Position numbers and translations under genes: made by a program. A stretch of DNA of 64,000 nucleotides from an uncultured Acidimicrobiales bacterium (GTDB taxonomy: Bacteria > Actinomycetota > Acidimicrobiia > Acidimicrobiales > SZUA-35): assembly GCA_963775125.1 (NCBI GenBank), contig CAVZHQ010000004.1:7549-71548 (forward strand), written 5' to 3'. The notes beneath the pieces are model-generated. The model saw only the letters and a program-made list of their open reading frames with translations, had not been told where the DNA came from and did no database searches. Numbering within the stretch: the stretch's first letter is position 1; the number at the start of each line of letters is the position of its first letter. Positions 19,727 through 27,454 of this stretch are shown piece after piece.

Positions 19727-20493
19727 GGCATCACGTACCCGCCGTTGATCGACACGACCTGACCGGTGATCCAGGACGTCAGCGGTGAGGCCAGCATCAA
19801 CACCATGGGTGGGATGTCGTCGATGACGCCGAGCCGGCGCAACGGGTACTGCCGCAGCACTTTCTGCATCCGTGGGCTATCGATATCGCCGAACATGTGC
19901 TGTGTGGTGTTGGTCTCGACGAGGCCCAGCGAGACTGCGTTCGCCCGGATGCCGTAGCGCGCGAGTTCCTTGGCGAGGGACTTCGTGAGGCCGAGGGTCG
20001 TCGATCGCGTCGTCGCAGTGATCAGCAACCCGGCCTCGCCGGTACGGCCCGAGTCGCCCATCATGCTGACGACCGCTCCTCCGCCAGTCGCCGCCATGCG
20101 CTTGGTCACGGCGTGTGTGATCTGCAGGGTGCCGGTCACGGTGACGTCGATCTGGTCCTTCCATTCCGCGGGCGTGGACTCCAGGAACGGCCCGGGAAAC
20201 GTCCACGCGGCGTTGTTGATCAGCACGTCGATCGTTCCGACGCCTTGCTCGGTCTGATCGACCAGGCTCGCCACGGCCTCTGCATCGCGCATGTCCGCCT
20301 GCACGGCAATCGCGTTCACCCCGAGCGAACGCGCGTCGGCCGCCGCCTGCTCCGCCCCCTCTGCCGAGCTGTTGTAGTGAAAGACGACGTTGGCGCCCTC
20401 ACCTGCGAACGCGAGCCCGATGGCGCGTCCGGCGCCCTGACCGGCACCGGTGACCAACACCGTGCGCCCAGCAAGTTGCATATCCATGTTCAC
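19723..20493 (-). CDS. SDR-family oxidoreductase (FabG-like)
   Basis: 256 aa, VLVTGAGQGAGRAIG (cofactor motif), NNAA, and the typical C-terminus GQVVSINGGYVMP. Confidence 0.9.
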   Translation of the reverse strand: MNMDMQLAGRTVLVTGAGQGAGRAIGLAFAGEGANVVFHYNSSAEGAEQAAADARSLGVNAIAVQADMRDAEAVASLVDQTEQGVGTIDVLINNAAWTFPGPFLESTPAEWKDQIDVTVTGTLQITHAVTKRMAATGGGAVVSMMGDSGRTGEAGLLITATTRSTTLGLTKSLAKELARYGIRANAVSLGLVETNTTQHMFGDIDSPRMQKVLRQYPLRRLGVIDDIPPMVLMLASPLTSWITGQVVSINGGYVMP

Positions 20494-20529
20494 TCCTCGT
20501 TATGGGTTACGTAAGGGAAGGCGGACGGC

Positions 20530-21364
20530 TCAGACCTGGATGAACTCGCGGCGCGAGCCGACGGTCACCACGCGACCCCACGCCAGACCGGGTAGGTGGG
20601 CCGGCGCGACGACATCACCGGAGTCGACGATCTCCTCGCGCAGTGCGTCCCGTACCGCCCGGGCCGCGATGGGGTCAACATCGAACACCGCGTCCCAGTC
20701 CGCCTCGGTCAACTCGACGACGCTGTGGACGACATCGCCCAGCAGTAGTGCCCGGGCGCCGTCGCCGGACAGCGACGTAGATCGTGGTGCCGGGGGTGTG
20801 ACCAGGGGCAGCTCGGGCGTCGAGACCAGGCAGGACGGTGTGGTCACTGTCGAACGTCGCCAGCCGCTCGGTGAGGGGCGACAGCTTGCGGATCGCACCC
20901 GGCTCGGCGTCGGGTCCGGTCATGAAGTGGTCCCAATCCGCTTGGTGCACCCGATAGGTGGCGTTCGGGAACACCACTTCTCCGCGCTGCGTCGCCCATC
21001 CGACGTGATCGAAGTGGAGGTGGGTGAACAGTACGTCGGTCACATCAGCGGGATCGACCCCGAGCGTGCGCAGCGAGTCCAGGAACGCACCGCCTTCGGC
21101 GACGTCGGTGCGGATCGGTCCTGTCCCAACGTCCACAAGTGCGATCCGGTCCCCGGATCGCACGAGGAATCCTCCCATCGCCATTCCCAGGTGGCCTTCG
21201 TCATCCAGAAGGTGCCCGTGGCAAGCCCAGCCATCCTCGACACCGGAGCGGACGAGCACCTCCCGCGCCATCACACGGCCAGGGCCGTCGAAGACCGGGT
21301 CGATCCTCAGTCCAGCGAGCCGCAGCGAACCCGGTGAGCGGCCATCCGGGGTGATGTGCTGCAT
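20530..21364 (-). pseudogene. MBL-fold metallo-hydrolase; frame broken near 20775
   Basis: THLHFDHVGW (HxHxDH) and APGHTPGTTIYV lie in ORF 20675..21364. The frame shifts to SLSGDGARALLLGDVVHS...VAPAHLPG in ORF 20530..20898. Confidence 0.8.
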
Positions 21365-21560
21365 AGCGCCTCCCTAGCGATTGCTCGGACTGTTGGGTGC
21401 CAACCCTACGACAACTATGCGACGTACGTCAAGAGAATGTTGCATAGCGAACGCTTCACTCACTGACGGACGGGCCGCAATCGCGCAACGCTTCGGGGAC
21501 CTGTCCACTGCTAGCATCCATCCCTCGCAGCGGAGCCCGCCTGATCGGGAAGGACCGAGA

Positions 21561-22392
21561 ATGACCAGCGACGACCAAACGCCCGGCCGTACAGCGGTTG
21601 CGCGTCGCCCGCAGGAGCTGGTCCGAGCACTGTTGGGCGTCGTCGATGCCGACCTCGGCTGCTCGCAACCCATCCCGGTACGGGTGTACCTCGAGGTTTT
21701 GACTGAACTCGGGGTAAGCGAAGTGGCCTGTCGGGCAACCCTGAGCCGGATGGCCAAGAAGGGCGCGTTGGAGCGCAGCCGGGAGGGCCGGAGCGTCGCC
21801 TTCCGAGCGAGCCCTCGCACCCGCGACCTACTCTTCCGGGACCGGGAACGAATCCTCTCGTCGAGCCCTTTCGAGCACCCCGGCGACGGCTGGACCGTGC
21901 TCATGTTCTCCGTCCCAGAGTCGCGACGGGACGTTCGGCATCGCCTCCGCACACGACTGAGCTGGGCAGGGTTCGGACCGCTCGGCGACGGACTGTGGAT
22001 CGCCCCCGGCTCGCCGGACGTCGACGACGTACTCATCGTGGTCCAGGATCCGGCTGACCCTGGCTCCTCCATCACGGTCTTCGACGCAGTCCCACGACTA
22101 CCCACACGGGCGGAGGACGTAGTCGCCCAAGCCTGGAATCTGCCCGCCGTCCGTGGTGAACACGACACGTTCCTGCAGGAGTGGGAGGCGGTGGAGGAGA
22201 GCGAGCTCGAGCGCGTTGGCCACCCTCTCGGCGCTGAGCGTGGACTGGATCCGGCTCCTTCGAGTCGACCCAGGCCTTCCCGCTCGCTATCTCCCCCACG
22301 ACTGGCCCGCCGGGAGATCGACAGCGACCTATCGCCGGCACTACGAGCGGCTCGGCCCAGCGGCGCGCAGTCAGTTCACGGCCCTCGGCTGA
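21561..22392 (+). pseudogene. paaX: PaaX-family transcriptional regulator; frame broken near 22205
   Basis: ATG 21561. VYLEVLTELGVSEVACRATLSRMAKKGALERSREGRSVAF (winged-helix), WTVLMFSVPESRRDVRHRLRTRLSWAGFGPLGDGLWIAP. The C-terminal part continues in another frame: LSALSVDWIRLLRVDPGLPARYLPHDWPA. Confidence 0.75.
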
Positions 22393-22803
22393 GTCGGCGC
22401 ATCGAACGCACGAGGCGCACCTTCCGGGCGGCGTACAGGCGGGACCGGAGGTTCGAGCTCTAGTGCGAACCAACCACGTCGATGGTCGTGCCCTTGACCA
22501 CAAGAATTCCTTGGGCCCGCCGCCAGAACCCGACCGGGTCTCGGCTTGTTCGTCGCCGTGGGCTTCGACCTAGGCGACGCTTGGGTGGTCATTGACCCGC
22601 GACATGCAAGAACGTGTACCCCAGTCTCCGGCACCGGGACCTGGCCTCGTCCATGGACACGCCAATTCGACCCCGATATCACAGAATTCGATCGCGCGAG
22701 CCTGCGCAAGGCGCCTCCTGCAGCAGCCCCGGCGGCCAAACCAAGGACCCCAGTGGTCTGCACCGACATCTGCACCAACCGTTGAACGAACACTTGTTCG
22801 ATG

Positions 22804-23073
22804 TGTCGGAGGGGCGACTTTAACCCAAAGTACACGCGTCCCCTGGGGCGCCGAATTGCGAGTCACATGAGCGTTCTAGCTGGTCAGACGCTCTCTGGTG
22901 TCACCAATCGCCTGGCCAATGTCGCCGAGGATCATCGCAAGGTCTTGCGCGTATGCAAGCAGACGAACGACATCGACGTTGTCGACCCGCTCGAAGTAGA
23001 ACCACCCACATGGAAACCCTTCGAACCGACGGGACCGCAGACCTGGGACACCGGACAGCTCACCGATCCGCAG
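22804..23073. repeat. long direct repeat, copy F (tRNA-like remnant plus ParE-like 3-prime half)
   Basis: TGTCGGAGGGGCGACTTTAACCC... aligns with 11149-11430. Its left flank CGAACACTTGTTCGATG matches the flank of the real tRNA (CGAACATTCGTTCGATG at 30389-30405). Confidence 0.8.
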
Positions 23074-23235
23074 TTGCACTGCTCCCCAGATTGTGGCGGC
23101 CATAGAACATCGGGTGATCGCGCTCGAAGAGACCGCTTCCATCAGGAAGCGGACGGAATCCGTGTCGGTTTGAACAGACAACACCCAACTGTCGGGCAGA
23201 TAAACGTGCTCAGGTCCAGAAGTTGACTCGCTCAC
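22876..23235 (-). CDS. ParE-like ORF (C-terminal half nearly identical to parE at 11257, N-terminal half diverged)
   Basis: 119 aa. ...AVQLRIGELSGVPGLRSRRFEGFPCGWFYFERVDNVDVVRLLAYAQDLAMILGDI. Faint N-terminal similarity (RFLMEAVSSSAI vs RFFNAAIESLGV). The start GTG 23235 overlaps the stop of the upstream NTase gene (GTGA). Functionality uncertain. Confidence 0.55.
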   Translation of the reverse strand: MSESTSGPEHVYLPDSWVLSVQTDTDSVRFLMEAVSSSAITRCSMAATIWGAVQLRIGELSGVPGLRSRRFEGFPCGWFYFERVDNVDVVRLLAYAQDLAMILGDIGQAIGDTRERLTS

Positions 23236-24005
23236 CCGTGGTCACCGGCCCATATTCGTTGGTGAGCCCCGATGCACCACGCATCGATCTTCTCCCGTTC
23301 AGGTGTCGGGCGGATCGATTCGTCGTTGCCGATGGCTTCGAGCTGGCTATCGAGTTCGAGGCTGCGCTCCCACCACTCGTCGAAGTCGACCTTGCCGTAG
23401 CGAACGGCGCGAAGCCATTCAGCCGGTTCACCCTGAATCGGAAGCTCGAGCCTGCCTGTCGACAGAAGCTCGAGACACTGGAACCCAAGGCGTGCGCAGT
23501 GCATCGCGTACTTGGTGTCGTACCCGAACTCGTTGACCAACTCCTCGCGGCCGCCACTCCCCCGCTTACCGTGGCCGCCGCCAGCGACACCGAGTAGCCG
23601 GCGGGCCTGGGACTGCATGTACCCGCGGTAGCGAGGCACGACATGACGGCCAACGAACGCTTCACCGAGCGCTTGCAGCTCCTCGCCCATCGGCGTCGAG
23701 TACTCGATGGGTGCCCACATTGTCATCAAGATCGACGGGTTCCCGGCCGCCGCCATCCGGACGAAACGGCGCAACGAGTGCAGCGTCCGATCGGTGTCAC
23801 CTGGCCCGGATCGTGACCCCTCAGGTTGGGTGCGCTGCATCACCGTCTTGAAGCCGTGCTCGTCCAGGCCGAGTAGCTGTTCCGGTGTTTCAACGACGAC
23901 GGCCAGCTGGTCGTGATCCTCACCACCATCGATCCCGGTGCCGTCCGCGGTCGAACCCACCTCGACCATCAGAATCGTCGTCTCAGGCAGGGGCGGGATC
24001 TCCAT
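23232..24005 (-). CDS. nucleotidyltransferase, Pol-beta superfamily (COG3541 / Nuc-transf-like), paralogue 1
   Basis: Start at ATG 24005 (MEIPPLPETT). VGSTADGTGIDGGEDHDQLAVV fits the GS-x9-[DE]x[DE] NTase motif. The helical C-terminal half (YDTKYAMHCARLGFQCLELLSTGRLELPIQGE) matches my recollection of COG3541 proteins. Confidence 0.65.
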   Translation of the reverse strand: MEIPPLPETTILMVEVGSTADGTGIDGGEDHDQLAVVVETPEQLLGLDEHGFKTVMQRTQPEGSRSGPGDTDRTLHSLRRFVRMAAAGNPSILMTMWAPIEYSTPMGEELQALGEAFVGRHVVPRYRGYMQSQARRLLGVAGGGHGKRGSGGREELVNEFGYDTKYAMHCARLGFQCLELLSTGRLELPIQGEPAEWLRAVRYGKVDFDEWWERSLELDSQLEAIGNDESIRPTPEREKIDAWCIGAHQRIWAGDHG

Positions 24006-24162
24006 CACACCATCGTGGTCGACAAATTGCGTCACCGGGTTGAATTCTGCGCCGGAGTGGTCCCGTCGATGGGCACACACCGCCTCCGCGTGATGCGAGG
24101 TCACACTCAGGCGAGCAACCAGTGACGCCCATCGAGCGATGCTGCCCTGCCCTACAGACGCC

Positions 24163-24975
24163 TCACCGACTGGACCGCCGGAGTACCTTGTTGATCCTGA
24201 CCCATCGGGAGGGCTTCTCGACTTCGACGCCGCCCATGAAAGCATCGCCCAGTCGTGACCCACGGCTCGGTTCGCCGTCAATCAGTCGTCGTGCCGACTC
24301 CCTCACGGCATCGTCCACAGTCGCCTGGTCGCCCTGGATCACGCGGTCGTCGAGCATCACATACCAGTCGTCGAGCCCGGAGAACTCGGCGAGCTCTTCT
24401 CGGTAGTTCGAGTTCTGGTAGAGCTTCCACAGCTCGACCGCGAGCGCCCGGGCGGACCCGCCATTGTCCAGGAACCGCTGAGCCTCAAGGCGGGCGAGCG
24501 CAACGTATGCGTCCTCGGAGTGCTTCTCGGCAACAGTTAGCCCGAGCTCGTCAAAGACATCGACAGCGATGTCGCTTGCTTCCTCGTCAGCGAACCGCGC
24601 AGGCGCCCCAGCGAGAACCCGTAGCGACCGCGTGTCCAGCCCCTCCATCAACGCAGCGACCGCAGCGTCAACGAGCGGCTTCCCATACCCGGTTCCCGCC
24701 CACTCGATCGCGGCTTCTTCGAATCGACGGACAGCTCCTGCCGCAACACCGCTATGACCTGTTGCCGGTCCAGACCAAAGATCGACGTTGCCGGACTCGA
24801 GAAACTCGCCTACAGCGCCGGCGGCAAAGACAGGGTCCGCCGGATACTCTCCACCCAGGTACTCGACCAGCTCGCCCGGCAAGAACGGACCAAGCGACGT
24901 TACGTAGTCGTCGAACTCCGCTTGGACGGCGCGCCAGTCTGCGTAGCGCTTCTTCGTCAGGAGCATCCCGTGCAT
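24163..24975 (-). CDS. hypothetical protein (shares a helical domain with 28959..29489)
   Basis: Start at ATG 24975 (MHGMLLTKKRYADW). VDAAVAALMEGLDTRSLRVLAG...FDELGL aligns with VDAAVQALLAGVESPSFVPIAG...LDELNL in the other ORF. Confidence 0.5.
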   Translation of the reverse strand: MHGMLLTKKRYADWRAVQAEFDDYVTSLGPFLPGELVEYLGGEYPADPVFAAGAVGEFLESGNVDLWSGPATGHSGVAAGAVRRFEEAAIEWAGTGYGKPLVDAAVAALMEGLDTRSLRVLAGAPARFADEEASDIAVDVFDELGLTVAEKHSEDAYVALARLEAQRFLDNGGSARALAVELWKLYQNSNYREELAEFSGLDDWYVMLDDRVIQGDQATVDDAVRESARRLIDGEPSRGSRLGDAFMGGVEVEKPSRWVRINKVLRRSSR

Positions 24976-25019
24976 CGTGTGGACGATCGTGATTCGGTCT
25001 TCCGATATGACTGGTCCGT

Positions 25020-25253
25020 TCACCGGTGATCCCTCGGGACACAATCAAGATGGGCATCGCTCGGCGAGGGAGGGCGACCCGGGCAGTACGGGCACGAGGA
25101 ATCGCCGCACGCCGTCTCGAGCCACACATCGCACCGGACGCAGAAGAAGGCATCGAACTCTTCACAGAGCACGACCACGCTGCCACAGGTGTGAACCTCG
25201 TCGTTCACAATGACATCGAGGTCGCTCGGTGAGTGCCGACCGGATACGGACAT
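25020..25253 (-). CDS. small Cys-rich hypothetical protein (possible zinc ribbon)
   Basis: 77 aa, HTCGSVVVLCEEFDAFFCVRCDVWLETACGDSSCPYCPG with CxxC pairs CVRC and CPYC. Third-position GC looks coding-like. Could be spurious. Confidence 0.35.
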   Translation of the reverse strand: MSVSGRHSPSDLDVIVNDEVHTCGSVVVLCEEFDAFFCVRCDVWLETACGDSSCPYCPGRPPSPSDAHLDCVPRDHR

Positions 25254-25504
25254 ACATCCAGTATCGGCCAGATCAGCGGCGTGGGGACGAGCGATTTCGC
25301 CGCTGCTGGACTGGGTTCTCCGGGCTCGGCATTAGCAGAAGCATTAGCAAACTACACCCCAACCACCGAAGAACCCGCTGTTTACGCGGGTTTTGGCCTC
25401 TACCGAAAGGAGGGTGAAATGCAGTCACCCGTCCAACACCCCGAAATTCTTCGTGGCATCTAGAGCCCTGGAGCGGCAAATAGCGTCATCCAGTGACCCA
25501 AACG

Positions 25505-25577
25505 TGTCGGAGGCGGGATTACAACCCTTAACCCACGCCGCCGAAGCCGCTGGATCCCGTTGGCGAAGGCGGCGTAG
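25505..25577 (+). repeat. ~72 bp repeat family, copy E
   Basis: TGTCGGAGGCGGGATTACAACCCTTAACCCACGCCGCCGAAGCCGCTGGATCCCGTTGGCGAAGGCGGCGTAG, translating as VGGGITTLNPRRRSRWIPLAKAA*. Confidence 0.8.
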
Positions 25578-25596
25578 CGTCTGGCGTTTCGCCTGG

Positions 25597-26951
25597 TCAC
25601 GGCCCCAAAGATCCGGACGGCTTGCTTGGTCGCCGGCGGGAACGAAGAGTTGAGACCCTGTCCGAGTCAGCATCGCTTCTGCCCGCTGGGCCCGCGGCGA
25701 GGCCGATGTCTTGGATTTCGGTCTCGCAGTCGTAGAGGGCCGGCCTTGCGAGATCGGTGGGTAGGCGACCGCCGCCGGCTACCTCAAGAACCCGGGCCAC
25801 GCGGCACCGGGCGTAGGAGTACTCGGCTTGATCGAAGATCTCTGTGATCAGCCTGATGGGGATGTCGTCGGGTAGGCGGGCGAACGCGTCGATATAGCTG
25901 CACAGCCCGTAGAAGTCGCGATCTGCCCATGCGGCTTCAGCGCCGACGACAAGTACGGGGACGTCTCTGGACTCGGCGTAGTTGGCGAGGACGTTCTGGG
26001 CGGCGACGCGTCGTCCATCGTCTGCTCGCAGCCAAGACCGAGCCAGCGCCAGGGTGTGAACCGGACCGAGGTTCGAGACGTAGCGAATCGCCTCCAGTCG
26101 CTTCCGCCCCGACTCGTCGGCCGCAAGAATCCGCTCGGCTGCGGGCAACCCGCCGGGGTCGTCCAAGCGCGCCAATGCCTGGAAGGCGACGAAGCGCGCG
26201 CTTCCCTCGCGCTCCAGAGCAGCGAGAAGCTCGTCGCGCTCGTCCCGACGGAGCATGTTCGTGAGCCGGTGAAGGAGACGTTTCGGCGGGACACCCGGCC
26301 AATCGTGTTGGAGAAGGTCAGCTGCCGAGAGCTCCATCGACGGCAGCTCGGCGCTAACCCCCCGACGGCGGCGACGTTCGTCGAATTGGTCGATCGCTGA
26401 CTGGATCCAGGCACGACCCGCCCCGAGTTCCTCCCAGGGCAGCTGGTACCGCCACCGCTGAACAATGGCGACGAGTTCGTCGCCGTCGAAGCGGCCTTCC
26501 AGTACCTCGGGGAGCCTGCGGTGGAGATCGCCGGGCGTCTGCGAGATCTCGTAGATGGCGTCGTCCCACTGCTCGCCGATGCGGACGTGATCGAGCAGAG
26601 CGTCGCCTGCGCCTGTCATACCGTCGGCCGCCAGCTCGGCGAGGACGCCGACGACCAAGCGCTGATCGCGATCTGCCTGCGGTTCGGGGCAGTTCTGGGG
26701 GCGGAGGCGGTCCGGGTCGAAGTCACGCGGCGCGTGATGAGGTCTGCGTAGTACCGGTCTCGCGATTCCACTTGCTGATCCCAGCGGGGATCGTACACGA
26801 CACAGTCCCAGATCAGCTCAGCGGCCTCGCCCGAGGGGAGTGCGATGGCTTCCAGGAACCCGGCTCCGGTCCCCCGCTGCAGCTTGCCGAGCACGGTGTC
26901 CGGGTTGGCGAGCCACTCGAGCCCCGACGGCGACCCGTCTACTCCACTCAT
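25597..26951 (-). pseudogene. large helical-repeat-like hypothetical protein; frame broken near 26726
   Basis: ORF 26616..26993 (MSGVDGSPSGLEWLANPDTVLGKLQRGTGAGFLEA...RWDQQVESRDRYYADLITRR) continues in another frame as DFDPDRLRPQNCPEPQADRDQRLVVGVLAELAADG... (ORF 25597..26658). The ATG at 26951 overlaps the Barstar stop (TGATG). Confidence 0.45.
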
Positions 26952-27454
26952 CACAGTCCCCGTTTCGCGTTCAACCACTCCTTCGGGTTCCACGCGACTG
27001 GCTGGGCGGCTACTGGCGCCAGATGCAGCGCCGGATCATCGGACTGGAGGAAGGTGGCAAGTTGCCAGCCCCGCCGAACCGCTCCGATCCCGGCGCCAGC
27101 GAGTATGTCCACCACAGCCTGGGAAGCCTGCGGCTCTCGGCTCAGGAAGCTGTCGAAGTGTTCGACCACGATCAGACCAGCCGGCGCATGGCGACCGAAG
27201 CCGTAGTCGCCTTGAACGACGTCGTACATGCAGTCGTTGAGGGCATCGAGATTCCGGCCGTAGTAGTCCGGGAATGACAGAGCCTGCGCGAAGGCTGTGT
27301 GCATGTCCTCAGGAGTAGTCCAGCCCTTGGCGTTGAGGTGGACGATCTCCCACCCGGCTTTGCGTGCGTCCTCGACGGCTTCGTCGAGGATCTGGCGGTT
27401 CCAGAACAGCTGGACGAATGGAAGCCGATCCGGGTGCAGCTCCGTGCCAGCACT
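26951..27454 (-). CDS. Barstar-like (barnase-inhibitor family) domain protein; start codon unresolved
   Basis: AFAQALSFPDYYGRNLDALNDCMYDVV matches the Barstar core LALPEYYGENLDALWDCL. The domain clearly extends upstream of the first ATG (27304): EIVHLNAKGWTTPEDMHT. The frame is open back to the TGA at 27455-27457 with no ATG or GTG. Confidence 0.7.
   Translation of the reverse strand, partial: SAGTELHPDRLPFVQLFWNRQILDEAVEDARKAGWEIVHLNAKGWTTPEDMHTAFAQALSFPDYYGRNLDALNDCMYDVVQGDYGFGRHAPAGLIVVEHFDSFLSREPQASQAVVDILAGAGIGAVRRGWQLATFLQSDDPALHLAPVAAQPVAWNPKEWLNAKRGL

Noticed and set aside
22546-22785. 79 aa plus-strand ORF left of repeat F
   Set aside because: No motifs. The region is better explained as a former tRNA downstream flank, since it shares CTGCACC...CGAACA with the flank of copy C.
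3643-25577. Repeat copies A-G as functional tRNA genes or a CRISPR-like array
   Set aside because: None has a 5-prime acceptor strand (no CTCCGAC partner within 90 nt), and the T-arms pair at only 3 of 5 positions, so they are not tRNAs. Spacing is irregular (1.4 to 11 kb) with genes in between, and no cas genes are present, so it is not a CRISPR array.
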